From: Perna viridis
Taxonomy: Eukaryota
Assembly (NCBI GenBank): GCA_037379345.1
Contig: CM074513.1
Location: 20,832,001-20,896,000, forward strand
Direction of reading: 5' to 3'
DNA length: 64,000 nucleotides
The notes beneath the pieces were generated by a model. The model worked only from the letters and a program-made list of their open reading frames with translations, made no database searches and was not told where the DNA came from. Positions 41,501-56,500 of this stretch are shown here, one piece after another; position 1 is the first letter of the stretch; the number at the start of each line of letters is the position of its first letter. Both the position numbers and the translations under genes were made by a program.

Positions 41501-44500
41501 GGACAAATTGTTGGTGACGAATCAAGTAAAGTAGCATTAGAAATTTGTAATGGACTGGTGAGTATTTTTTAATATTTTACCCGATGAAGATTTTGGATGT
41601 AGAAGTAAAAGAGCTGACCTAGTAATTCAGTATAAATTGTCATTGCATGATCACCCATCGACAGGTAAACGATCAATTTTGAATGAATCATTGGGTTATC
41701 GTTCACCAATCGAAAAAAATCATCATAATCATCGATCACTTATAGATTAAACACAAATCAGTAGTATCGATTAGACTTGTGTTAGATTAGATAAGTAAAT
41801 TTTATCAATGTGATCGACTTGTCAGGTCGGGTAAGTTCCACACTGGGCTATTACCAGAGGAGACGAATTTCAAAAGTTCTGAATCTTAGAAAATAATCGA
41901 ACTGAGCAGATTTTTCTGTTGACCTGAAATAAATTCAATTTTACTAATTGTTCTGAAATAATCATATCTGATTATCTTCATTCATGTAGCTTTTATGTGA
42001 AAATTTGCCGAATAATTTATTTTCCGAACAACAGTTGTTGATATTGGTAAAAACTCTTTCCTTGCATGATGATAACCACTTTGTTTAGCTCAAACACGTA
42101 ACAAAAGCGCTGAAATGAGAATTGACATAACACATTTAGCAGTGCGACTTCACAATGACAGGTGCCTGAAACAATACTGCATCTGCTTAATGTTAATGGT
42201 CTTAAATTTCTCTCAACGATTTTTTAAACAATGCTTGCATTCCATCAGGACACAGTAGGTAAAATATATAGTCAAGATAAGATCAAAACAAGCTAGAGGT
42301 ATTTTGCAATGAAGTAAAATTTCTTTGCTCAGGGGAGGTCAATTTCGTTACAATTTTACATATATGAGATGCCATGGGAGATCGCATAATTTTACTCCTT
42401 TAATTATTCGAACGATAAAGTTCGATAAACTTAATACAGTTTAATACAATGTTTTGATAAATACGACAAACACGAATAAATTTGACCCTTATTGATATAG
42501 AGGCAGGATGATGTATGGTGCTCTTCACGAGAGAAAAAAATATGTCTTCTAAGGTCAAAACAACAACAACAAATTAATAAAATGATCAAAATGAAGTAAA
42601 ATAAAATAAAAATAAAAGTTATATGTGTTTCTTAAAACATCTTTGAAAAAAAAATAGAGTAGAGAGGTAGGTTTTTTCTACATTTAGTCTTAGGGAGGAG
42701 CATTCTGACTTGAACAGCGCTAATGCAAAATGTCCCCTCCCCCCCTAAAAAAAATACCTTATATTAAAGATACACTATTTTTGGATTCGAATAGATGAAA
42801 TAGGTAAGGTAAATTTAACAGGAAACAACATTCATCTTTTTAATTTGCCTAATTATCCCTGTCCTATCTTAAATTTCAATTTGACGTCACATGAAATAGT
42901 TACATGTACATGTATTCAGCATTTTATTTTGACCAAAAGATGCCAATGGTTATCATACGAACAATACTGTTGTTAAACTCTACACAGAGCTAGGTCAACT
43001 TGGCACAGATTTGTCGTTCAGTGCTTGTGCATTTTACTCAATTCTAAGTTAACAGACCGACCAAAGGTGCGCATGTCTTCTACGTGCTTGTCCCTAGTTT
43101 GTTCCGGAATTTGTAGTTCCAACTTTAACTGCATGTGACACTCTATAGTCTACATGAGATCGGCAATTACATGCATGTACTATGTTATATTCTGTCAACC
43201 TCGAATATGTTCGTTAGTTGCTTTCTCAAAATTGTGGTTATCTTTTAAAATATCTTCGATATGATATATACCTAAAAGTCAACCTAACAATCGGATCTTT
43301 CATAGTCTGTAAAACTGGCTTACGCTGATTCGTCAAAATTTTGTTACCTGATGTAGCACAACTCGACATTTACTGCATAAAACCAAAGGTTGTTCTGTTT
43401 TTATAGAGACATTACATATAGTACATCTAATATACGTGACATTTCCCTTATATCCGCCAGATGTTAATGAATTGATGATATTTTCGTTCTTAAATCAACC
43501 CAATATTTGAAGTATGTGAAGACATTGAATAGACTAGGTCAAATATTTATGTTGTGTCCGACAGTTAATCCACAGCTGTTAAAGAACTAATTTCACAATA
43601 TTATTTTTGAATCATAGTTCAAATATTCCAAAACTTTTAAAAGGTATAAGATATTCTTAGATTTTGGATTAGTATGTTTGCTTTCAACAGCAATATAGAC
43701 CGTATATTAGCAGCACTCATCTTAGTTTTACGAAAAAATCCATTATCAGTCTATAGCAAATCCCATAATTCACCTACCGCTGCAGGACAGCCCGTCCGTC
43801 CGTCATGCCTAGTGGGTACCTACTTAGTGTAATCTGTAAATCAAATTAAACGCACCAAACCAAATATTTTTCAAACTTTGCACATTGTTTTTAAAATACA
43901 TGTTGAAGATATGCAACTCTTATCATGAAGAAATTAGATTTTTCCCCGTTATATTGAGGTTACATATCATGAGGAGGCATACAGTGTGAAGTTATAAATC
44001 TACTGTAATATAACGGCAATAGCTCCTCCAGGAGCGGACCCAGAAATGTATAAAAGGGGGAGTATCGATCCAGAAAATGAAACAGGGGTAGTTTCAGGCT
44101 ATTCTCTGCTCTTCTTTTTAAATCATGATGATTAGGGGTTTTAAACGACCTTGAATACCAATACAAGACTCTCACGGTCGATGTTAATGGTTACTAGAAC
44201 CAGCTGGTGTTGGTAGCGGAGCCAAGCCTTCGGGATGCCTGGCCGAAGAACTCGGTCAGAGTATGTCCTACTAACGGCTGGGCAGCTGTATTGACGTTTT
44301 ATTGTTCTTTACACTTTTAGTGCATGTTTTATAGACCTTATCCCAGGGAAATTTCGTCGCTCCAGATATAGCTTCGCCTTTGTGGTTTCTATAAAGAGAC
44401 TGTTACACGCTGGTTCCTTTTATATACAGAGATATGGGTCAACTTTTATTTTTATATGACTTTCTCAATAAATTAGACCCATGGAAATCATCATCAAAAG

Positions 44501-47500
44501 ATGGTTTTAAATCTTAATTCAAGATTCAATCCCTTAAATTGAGTATGTAATATCTCACGGTTCAGAATAAGGGAAGTTACTATTAAAATAGTCTTGTGAA
44601 ATAGTGGTTGTCTCGTATTGTGCAAATGAGAATATATACATGAATTAAGAATGGTTTTCTTTGTTGATGCTTTCCGTATTGTACCTTTTGTTCAAGCAGG
44701 GTGTAAAATCAAATCAATGTAAGTTGAAAAATCAGAGATAGTTAAATACAGATCAGTGTGAATATCAGACATGACCTAAAACTCAGTAAAACATATGAAA
44801 ACATTGCGTTAGGTTTTGATTGGGGTAAAGTAGTTTAAAGTGCATTTAAGAAAAGAGCAAACATACCCCAGAATCCATTTTTGAAAAAAATACACAATTC
44901 ATGCATACTCTCTGTACATGTATTGATCACCATTTGCCCGATTCTTAAAAGGACAGGTACTAAAATCGTACATTTTATACTCTACGACACTTTGAAAAGG
45001 TTACTGTCATTTTCGATGAGGTCTCTCGAGTGTGTTTTGTACTACTTGTAAATCCCATTCATGTATTTCGGTTTATATTCACATTGAAACACTTCTGAAA
45101 GCGTCGAAGATTGAACGATAATAGATGTATTTCATGTACCTTCAGTAATAGCTCGGATTTTTATATGACATTATAATTATTTGACAACCTTACTGGTACT
45201 ATTTAAGTGTATTGGTTTAATGCATGTATCTGTGTGACATATCATTTTTTGTCTCTTACTTTAAATGTATAACTCTCAATTGAATGAATTTTGAATTAGA
45301 AGCACATACATACATGTTGCCCCATTCATACATTCAGGTACTATCAATATATCAGTAACATAAATTTCACATAGGTCTTTAAAAAGCACTCAGTTTCAAC
45401 GTCATTAGGACTTAAAATAACAATTTTCTTTAGATATATTGATACATTAAAAATAAAATCGATTATATATTTAAAGCACATCGATCCCGGAGACGTTTTG
45501 TAAACTATTTTTGCAGTTTGTAACTCCTATATTTCAGCAATTGGAAAACAACTTGCAGTCAATATTTTGTAAAGAGTTTTAAAATGTACTGTAACTGGTT
45601 ATTTTTTGGTCAACTACACCAAAGATCTGCACCAACTAATCCTTCTTTCACCATGCAACACTGACTTGCTTGTTGTTGATGGAAAAAAAATCAGGAAATA
45701 TTGATTTTCCGTTTTTTTTATTTCCATGTTTCGCCTCATTCTGCATTACCATTACTCTTGTTAACACCTTCAATACTCCAAATCCTAGATTTTACATGAA
45801 TATTAATGACTACTTAAAAAAAGTAAAAAGCACTTACAGTCATCATATTAGGTTGAATTTGTTTTAAAAAGACAATGATATGTTTTTGAATTTAAGTTCT
45901 GAAATCAAAGTCGATTGTTTCTTTAATGAATGATAAAAATCCAGTGCCTCTATATAAAACATACTGTGGTTTGACCCAAAGCATATGCCCCGCAATTTTA
46001 TTGCTTATGTAGTGTATTAAAATGCAATGTATTTGACAAGTTGATTTTTAATTCTTGGTGGTCCAGATCTCGCCTGTCTCTATGGGTGCATACATAAACA
46101 TTATAAGGTTACAAATCTTTCTTTTTTTTTGCTTTAGTTTACATACTGTAGGGCGGGACAGTCGTTAATATAGTGATTTATGAAAGACCGTTTTGTCGGT
46201 AGGTTACTCTTTCAGAACCGAGTCGACGAAAAAGAGAACTTTGAAGCGAGATGAGATGCAATGTACATCAGTTCAATTGTAAATGTATCACCGCAAATCT
46301 CGTTATAAAGTGCAAGACATTTCATTTTAAGACGGCAATTTGACGGTTTGATGTTATTTGCCAAACACTTTTGATACCGTAGAAAGATTTTGTAATCATG
46401 GTAGTGCCAATGCGCTTATCTTGGGAGTTTAGACATATTTTAAGATGAATAATTTTCATAAGGGCTCAGCCTCAGCTAGTAAATGAAAGGATGCTATGTA
46501 ATGGCCAATCTGTTGATCCCAGAGGTTTAGCACCCGAATTCCGATTGGTACAGCAGGGGTTACAAACACATATATTAGAACTTGTTTTAATAAGATTAAA
46601 AATAACCGTGTTAAAAAGAAGACAAGAATTATTAGTAAAGCATGCCTTTGACAATATATAGAATTTGGAATTTTGGCAAATCTTAGTGGTACTATTAGTC
46701 GGACAAGAAGTTACCAAACTTTTTTTACGCGGTGGGGCACACTAACTGTATGCACCTTACTAATGTCTGTAAGTGTTATATTCCATACAACGACATCAAT
46801 TGTGATCCAACTAAAACTGTTGAATAACGATTGCAACCAACGGGACTTCTAAAATCAATTAAATAAATGCACACTATACAACATAAGAACCAAACAAAAC
46901 AAAAAAGCAAAGGAAAATGAAACGAACAAACGATAAAAAACAACAAAACAAAAACAAAACAAAAAGAAAGGAAATGGCAACAAATACCAAATTTTAAGTT
47001 GTGTATTCCAGATGTTCTCTTTATTCAAGTGAAGTATGAATGAAAAAATAATTTCGTCTGCTGAGGCTTGTTAGTATATTATACAAGTCCGCCTGACTCG
47101 CATGTTTCATTCCCCTGTCTGTAGAGGTCTCCCACAATTTAAAAAAAAACTTTCTCTTTTCCATTCACAGCGTGGACTTGTACATAGTAGTAGTGTAGCA
47201 TATTTTATTGAACCAGTATTAGGACTTGCTGATACCAGTGGAGGACACCCTCACATTATATATAACTCATCCCTACCATTGAAATTCCATAATACTCATT
47301 CTACTCAGGAAAAATCGTCATGCAGTGCAAAAGGTTAGTAACAGTTTAAAAAGGTAGCTGATATTAAAAAGACTATTTATAGGGCATATTATATACAGAC
47401 GGAGAAGTGGTGATAGGAAGGCAGAGGGCTAACACACAAATTTGGATAGAAATAAATATGCCACTCAGACAGCTTGATGTAAAATGGGGTATGGATGTTG

Positions 47501-50500
47501 TGTTAACAACTTGTTTTTTTATATAAATTTTTGGCATGAATTTTAAGTATGTCATGGCATACCTATGTTTATCATTGACACCTCTGCTGCTGTACTTTCA
47601 TATTGTCCTCTGTTTCCCTGGTCTCGATTTCACAAAAAGTCGTAAGTGTAAAGTTGATCATAAGTAATGATGTCATAAACTAAAATAGCATTGTGACGTC
47701 ATGATTTACGATCAATTTCTCACTTACGACTTTTTGTGAAACTGACGCCTGGGATGAAACTGCCTAAGATTTTTTTTTTAACTAGATCAGATTTTTGTAA
47801 GAAAATAAACTGTGTTTTCACAAGGACAATTTTGAACACCCTGTAATAGGCCTGATCAATTATGACCTTTAAACTGGGATTTTGCTTTTAAATATGTCAT
47901 TGTACCACAGGCAACATTTCATGTATTTGTTCTAATTCTTTGATGTTCTCTGTTATGAAGATAATCAGGATGAAATCCAAAGAGAAAAATGGGAACAACA
48001 TCAGCAGTCAAAGGGGCCTAGGAGGAAAAGACGATCTATATCAGTGGAGCACAATGTGGAAACTATGGTTGTGGTTGATCCCTTGATGATGGACTACTAC
48101 AAAAATGAAGATGTCACCAACTATGTATTAACTATTATGAACATGGTAAGATTATATGTTTTCAAAATATTTGGGCAGTCCCTATAGAGATAGACCATCC
48201 TTAAAAACTTTGCTGTTTATCCACAGACTCGAATATAAAAATCTACTTGCTATTATTTCTTGTTCGTTTTCTTGAAAATGAGGTCCATTGCGGTTCTTTT
48301 TTCAGTAAAGAATAATACCAACAAACATCCATTTGCAAATTTGGGATAAGAAAAGCCACTTCCAAATTTATGGGAAAGAAAACAGTGAACTAGCAATGTA
48401 TTAAGAATGGCCTTGACTTTAGTAGTGCTTATACAATGGAGATGATTTGATTGGATTGAGTCCCACTGTGATAGTAGAGTTAGATAGTGACTCTACTGTG
48501 GAGAGTGGAGAATTTAAAATTATTTTAGGTGTATATATCTGACTGGTACAAAAATCCTTTTCTTGCTTTCATATTGACTTTTCCATAATGGTTTGTTTTT
48601 GTCTTATTTACTTGTGAACAGGCTTTTTTGTATCAATAGTGCATTTATCAATATTACATGCACATACAGGAAACTACTTTTGATTAAACATAACGAAAAA
48701 GTGTATTATTCAAACTATTTAAACCACTAGACCATAATATCTCAGGATTATCTTTGTGGATGCCCAATTTTATTTCTGAGAGGAAAATTCTTTGTTCTGC
48801 TCATGGACTGCCCTGCAGTTAAGACAAAAGAGCCTATGGAGATTTATAAAAATCAGACATAAGGTGATTTTTGCATGTCAGAAACCCACCAATTTCATTT
48901 TTATTTCTTGTTCAGAAACAGTTACAGATCACATAACCAATCCTAGATTTTCATTTGGTTGTTGCGCTTTTGAGATAAACATTATCCAGACTTTGCATGA
49001 AATTGCCATTTTGCAAGAATGATCGTTCTTTATTTTGTTTGATTTGGTTGATTTTAGACCGATAAAAGCATTGTTTGTTTGGTGAGTTCTGCACCATGAC
49101 TCACTTCAGCATTGGCAGTGTCTGAATTTTATATGGACTGGTACTTAAAATAACAGAAAGACAGACAATGACTTGATCCACTCTAATATTTTTGTACTAA
49201 TATATGCCTTTTGAAGTTGCCAAATGTTTTTTTATAGTTTTGTTGTTCTTTGATGTCATATCTTAAATCACATAAATTGTAGATTACATATATTTACATT
49301 TTACCATAGTATAGTGGTTGCATTTCTTATTTTGGCACTCAACATTAGAATCAATTGAAAAATTACAGACTCTGAAATATTCATGCTAGCATAGACTGGA
49401 TATAACACCTCTAATTTTGGCGGTCTTTACATCTGAATCAATTCAAAGATGGATGAGACATTATTATTGGTGATGTTTCTTCCTGTCTACAACACCTGTT
49501 ATGACTGCGGTTAGTTTCAAGAGGGAGTTAACTCTGTTGATACAGTCAAAATTTGTGCAGATTCAATAACAAGACTTTCACTTGGTTAATAGCTGACTTA
49601 ATAAATTAAATTTGAAAAGAGATAAAAATTGACATTTAATACTCTTCAAATTGTATTTTTATACTATAATAGTCTTTTATTGGTAGGATTAAAGGGAAGA
49701 TTATGTGATTCATACTGTTTAATACAGTCTGCCCTAGATGTCAGAATCTGGCTTTTATTCAACATCTAGGCCCAAAAAATGTTGAATGATGATAAAGACA
49801 AGATTTTATTTTATGACTTTCAATTTTAAATTTCAAATTAGGAGGGAACTTGGTGTCAGGTTATTTTTCTGACTCACAAATATATAATGCATGTAAATGA
49901 CAAAACCATTTGTCAGACTTGAAAAATTTGGTGTGGTGGTTTACTCGTACCACTGAGTGCAGATTATTTCAGATCTTTAGAAATCACATTGGAAGGTTCA
50001 AAGAAAATTCAAATACTTAGTTTTAAAAGATTATTAAATTGTATAAAATCAGTTTTAGCAAATACAGAAAGAGTAGGCTATAGCTAAAATGAAATTTGTA
50101 CACACCTGCAAAATAGAGAAATCTAAATACACAATACTGGTTCATGGATTCTAAGAGTCAGAATGCTACTTCTACTATGTAAGAGGTTGGAACACTTCAT
50201 GGCACCATGACAGCTTTGAGCATTTCTGGAATATCAGAAACTATGACTTCTATATACTATGACCAATTGTTAGTTAGTTTTGGCAGAGAGTTGCAGGGGC
50301 AGATCAAGAAATTTTGGCCTGGGGATGTGTAAATAATGAATAGTTGCAAAGCACATTTTTTGGGTGTAAAATCAAAGAAAAACATAAATTTTTGCAAGAA
50401 AAAAAGTCCTACTGTGGGGTACATATAAGGTCAGCACCTTTTCAAATCCATATAGGCTAAAAACAAACAAAATTTGATTCAAGAAAGCATGTTACATACT

Positions 50501-53500
50501 GTGAAAATGGAGTGTACTCAAATTTGTGAAAGACTCCAATGGGAACAAATTGTGCTCCTTTACTTGCTGACCTATTCCTTCACTCTTTCTAGGCTGACTT
50601 TATTGCTGATTTGATCCGAAAGAAAGAATATCATTTGGCTAGATCCTTTAATCTCAGTTTCCGCTATATAGATGACGTATTATCTTGAAACAATCCTAAT
50701 TTCGGGGATTTGATACATTGCATCTACCCCAAAGAACTTGAGATAAAGGATACTACAGATACTGTAAGGTCAGCCTCATATCTTGACCTACACTTAGAAA
50801 TCGATGGTAACGGAAAACTATTGCCAAACTTTACGACAAACATGATGACTTTTCATTAAGAATTGTCGACTTTCCTTTCATCTGTGGTAACATCCCTTCA
50901 GCACCTGCATATGGAGTGTTCATATCACAACTCACACGTTATGCCAGAGCTTGCCGAAACTACGCAACTCGGCAGGTGTTTCTAGAAAAGCAGAGGACGC
51001 TTACCCTACCAGTGCACCTGGTCCATGCTCCCAGTTTTTAGTGGAGTCCGAGTTGCTCATTTGCTTTTGTTACTTTTCATGTATGATTTTAGTTACTTTA
51101 TGTTCTTTGTTGTGTATGTCTGTTTCCCATGTCTGGTCTTTGTCCCTGGATTACATTCTTTTGATTACCGCTATAACCTTGGTTCCCTTGGTTACTCTTT
51201 GTTAATTCTTGAATTTTGCCCTGTCTGTATGTCTGTCTATCCATCACACTCTGGTTAACACAACTCCTCAGAAACTATTGCACCAAATTTCATGAAACAT
51301 TGCAGCTTGTCAAGACATAATATGTAGTTGAGCATATTACCAGGGATTTTTGATCCATTGAATTTGTGTGAGTTATACCCCTTTGAACTTTGGAAATGGG
51401 GAGACATACATTTTTGTAAGCAAAGTTTATTGGTAGTCTGAGGTTTTAAATAGCAGTTTCAACTTCCCTTTCTGAATATTGCCACACCTTAGTTCCTACT
51501 CCACTCGCTACTGTCCATTAATCGGAACAATTATGAAAGCAGTTCATACTACCTGAACCAGTTTTGTTATTTTTACTACCATGTATATACATGTATCAAC
51601 CAAATTTTCTATTTGAAGGATGGTAAACAAGATTCCCCAATTTGCAGCCTATTATATGTGTTAAATGGTGCCAGGCCAGAGAGGAGTTATTGTCATTGTA
51701 GTAAATCATTTAGTAATGTCATTTAAATCCAGGGTATTAAATTGTTTGGTATGAATGTCAAGCATATTATCTGGTGCAATATGATACATGGTACAGAGAC
51801 TCTTAGTTGTTGTTTTTGATAATTGACACACAGCAGAACGCACTTGTCTATCTATTATCTGTCTGACTGTCTGTCTGAAAAAAATTAAGAAATAACAATA
51901 GACTACTTATAATAAAACACTAAAGACTTTCATTTTAGACTTGTAATATTTTCTTCATAACATTTCAACTGGTTAACTCAAGTCTGTCTTTAAATTTTGA
52001 TTAGGGTCATATACATGTACATGTATGTTGATATTCATTAGTTTATGTAAATAATTGATTTCTTAAGATAGTTTTAGATAGGGTCAATATAAAATTATGT
52101 ATACCTATACATCAAATTGAAAAATCAACAAAGGATACATGTATGTAAAGAAAACTAATGCAAATTCATTACCATGTTACTGTGGAGGGCCATTTATACT
52201 GGTTGTTACATCACATTGTTTTTCTTGCTTAACCAGCTGTGTATATTATTTTCAAATGATGCAAAAAGGTATGTATTGCAATTTTGTGGTAAACTTTTAT
52301 TTTGAACATTTATTGGTGCATCAAGAGAACTTTTTTTTGGAGTTTATATTTTTCATGATATGAATTTATATATAGAACAAACTATTGCATAGTTCTAGGT
52401 ACAGTTGTGGATTAAGAAAAAGCCTACCAGGCAGACACCTCTACTTAAAGTTTGGGAAAAATATATTCTGCTTGCAAGAAATTTTGTTTTTACAAAAATT
52501 CTACACCTAAAATATTTTTGTCTTGTTTTGCTAGGCTTTTAATTCTGTAAATGCTATCCTTCACCTTAAATACAGGGTCCATCCCTGAAACAGAAGCTAC
52601 ATACTAAGCAGGGCATCTCCATGAAGCTAAAAGAATGTACTTTGAAATAAGCTCAGTTATGTGTATGACTGTTCTCTGTGCACTTTTCAATATTTTTTTC
52701 TGATTTTTTTAGCTAATCACTCACATGCAGTTTCATCTGTTGGCATTTCCATTCAAAACAATTGACCTGATAAATATGGGTTAAGCTAATTGATCTTAAA
52801 GCTGTTAATTAAGGGCTAAACAGCAGTAGATTCTGCTAGAGATAGATAATATCTGAATGCACTCTTCAGTATAAATGCTCTCTTTTCATTAAACAAGTGT
52901 ACACATCTGCTATTTTATTTGTAATTTCCAATTTTACCTTACCCTTGATAATTGGCCAGATCTTGTTAGACAGGAATAGAACATTATGTAATGTGACATA
53001 TTTGTTGTTTGTGTAACAGATTTATTACAAAAAAGTAGCTTCCTGTGAACTTTATATATTGTTCTACATTTGCTGTAAGGGAAAAGATACTTTGACTAGA
53101 CCACCACCTGGGTGTTTTTTAGGTACAGTGCTGGCTTTTGAGTGCAGAAGGTCACAAGTTCTTTCCCTTTCTAGTATTTGCTACTTTTTTCACCTGGAGA
53201 ACACAACTAGTAGACTGGAGATAGAATAATGTGTCCAAGTAGGATGACATGCCTATCAGCAGGCTTTTGCGCCTGTAATTAGCCAGTACATTATAAATCT
53301 GGCTCAGCCAGTTGAATATAGGGTCTGTTTGATTACTGAAATGCTCTGGTCCTTTTATGGAATGAAATATCCCTGAATATAATCTGCCATAGGATGTACA
53401 GCAAAATCAATCTATCAATGAGATTTTCTAATGGCTGTTTGTCCATCCTTTCATTTGAAAAAATCAAAAGAATGTAATCCAGGAACAAAGACCAGACATA

Positions 53501-56500
53501 GAATACATCCTTTTTATTCACATTTTTTCCTCAAATTAAAAAAAAAATCTTTTGAAGTGCATGTAGATCTAATAGATTCATCTGATTTATAAAAAAAAAA
53601 AATACATGAGATTGTTAAGTTTAAATTATTAACATGTATGAGTCTGATTTTGGACCCATATCTGAGGCAACATAGTAGATAAAAGCCTCTATTTTTGTAC
53701 TCTCTGGAAACACATTAAATTAAAGAAAAACAATGTTGATAACACATCACGTAGGGGACCCCCAGTTGATTCTGAAGGGGGTGAGGATCCTATTTGCCAG
53801 AATATTAATTTCCATTATACTGCTAGAATCAAATGCTTGTCTCTTACTTGCTCATCTGGCCACATTGTTTTGAATAATTTTTTTTTCTCAGATTTTCTCC
53901 TCTTGAATCACTGACAGAAATTCAATTAAATTTGGTATGATTCTTCCTAAGGCCTCCTGCACAAAGTGATTGTTTCGATTTATGCTCCATTGAAAAACAT
54001 TGCCCCTGATACTAGATTTATGCTTCATTGAAAAACATTGCCCCTGATACTAAAATAGAACATAGGGCAGTTTCTGGCATATGACTTCAAAACCATTGAT
54101 ATCAGCCGAATTCTGACACAATGTAAAAGTGTTATACATGATGAGATATATATATATATATACATGTGTCGTCAAATTATTGTGATAAGCCATTAACCCA
54201 TGTTGGAGTTATTGCCCTTTCATCAAATAATGTTGGAGTTATTGCCCTTTTTGGATGTTTTTTCTACTTTTGATACCTTTACATTAAAAAACATTTTCAA
54301 AAACTTCTGGACAGAATTTTTATCCATGCAAAATCATGGCCTTTACAAAAAATAAATGTAGCTTATCAAGCCAGCTGAGTGTTTCAGATTCTTTTAAGTC
54401 TCTAGTTTTTATCCTTCATTTCTTGATATTCCATTTTTTCAACAAAAAAATTCATTTCATTCACTGCTAGATTCTACCCAGCTACATTGAGTTTTAAAGT
54501 ACATGCATCATGTATTTGACATAGCTGTTTATCTTATCAAAACATGTGTTAAAGAAATCAACATTTCTCAGTTTTATGGTTTTTTGCTACATCTTAGATT
54601 TGTCATATAACTAATATTTTGTCTTGTAAGTGCTCAAGGTTCATGGTAATGATAAATGAAAACTATATTCAAGGGGATCCAGAAACTTGTAGGGGAAGAG
54701 AGGTTACAGGTTATCATTTGCTATTTTTTGCCAAATTTTTCACTTAAGGGGAAGCACCCTAATAATCCCCTCTGGGTCTGCCTCTGCTGATGTTAAGAAG
54801 TTAGCTTGCTTTTGAAAACTGTACCAAGTTTGAATGGTGTGTTTATACTTACCTTCAACTTTTGCAATTGTATCAAGCTGTGCCTTTTGAATTATTTTAC
54901 TTTATTTAGTGTTAAAGAACTGTAAGCACTAAAAAATATGTGTTGGGTGCAACTATCTACTTCAAAATGTGTTTATTTGGAGCTGAATTATTCTCACTAA
55001 TAGAATTTTTCAAAAAAGCATATGTTTCTTCTGGATGACGTAAGAGATACCAGTTATTAGACTTTTTACGCTATTTGAAATACATCAGAATTGGTTTGCA
55101 TGGCATTTGTTTTGATTTAAAACTATTTTTGTCAAGTATAACTATTTTAACAGAGGAACTGTAAATCTCATTCATTGAAATAAAGGGGGCTGTTGCCAAA
55201 TTTTGAAATAAACACAGCAGAAAAAGCAGCTTTTATCATTAAACTGTATTAACACTCACTGTTAACATGCTGCTGATGGTAATGTGTTTCCTAATGTCTA
55301 GAATGCCTATCTTTTTTAGCAGTGAAAGTGGTCAGTAAAAACACACAGATCTCTTTTTTCAGCAAATCTATACTTTTGATTTCTATTTGAATTCTGGTTC
55401 CCTTGATTACTCTTTGAGAGAGTGATTATGCTGTACATAGTGTTATCATTGCAGAGAATTAAACTCTTAAATAACTGGATTGTTTACCTAACTTGAAATG
55501 TACAAGATTGCAGAAGAGCAGTGCTAAGGATTATCACTCAAGTCTAAAGCTATTTTCACATGGCTGCACAGAATTTGTCTTTTGTATATCAGTATATGGA
55601 ATTGTCGTTGTCTCATCCGTTTAAAAGATTTAGGTAGCAGTCTATTTTAGAATCATGCAAATTCTGTGATATGTGATACACCCCTAAAAAAGCTACACAT
55701 TTTTACTTTTGTTATTAAGTTGTTTTATGGGTCTAAATAATGAAATTTCCATTTGTCTGTTCTCAGGAGATAATTCACATCAAATATTGGATAGTTACTA
55801 TTTTATTTAAGTGTCAATTACAGAGTTATCTCCCTAAGGTTTGAATTCTATATTACAATCTTTGCAATTTATACCTTCAATGAACATGGGTTATATGAAA
55901 AGCCACATGTTTCGTCATGCTAACTCTCACATTTTAAACAAAATATCAAAAATAAAAATATGTAGGCTTTTCAACAATGAATCACATTGCACTATTCTTA
56001 GCTGGAATACTACTTTAGGGGTTTCTAGAGAGTTCAAAAGATTAAATGGTGGTAATTTTTAGTATGCTGTGATAGAAAAATTTGATTATAACTACTTGTA
56101 CAATGCCACATAATATTTTTCTTTGACTTTCAAAATTTGCCCTTCTTAGTCATCAAAAATATGTCACATATTCTCATATTCAATTGATTTGGAAGTCCAG
56201 GAATAGTGTCACATGATAGTGTGTAAGGGTAATTTTCTGAAGTATTCAAGGTTTACTCTTTGGAACAAGTGTCATTTTTGAGAGGTTACCCTTTAAAACA
56301 TGTGTACAGCATTTTGAAATTTGAATATTGTATGATTGATACTATAGTATTTAACTATTCCTGTTGTTTTTCAGGTTGTCAGTTTATTTCATGATGCCTC
56401 CTTAGGGAATGCCATGAACATTGTATTAGTCAGACTGGTTCTCTTAGAGGAGCACCAGGTAAGAACTGTGTAACCTCTTTGTAGAGACCACTTGTAATGG

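Noticed and set aside
50690-50700. In-frame TGA in the RT as possible selenocysteine (reported for some Naiad elements)
   Set aside because: Position corresponds to a non-Cys residue (VLS-L-NN context), the copy also has a TAG and a frameshift, and no SECIS-like ATGA..AA..GA fold was found.
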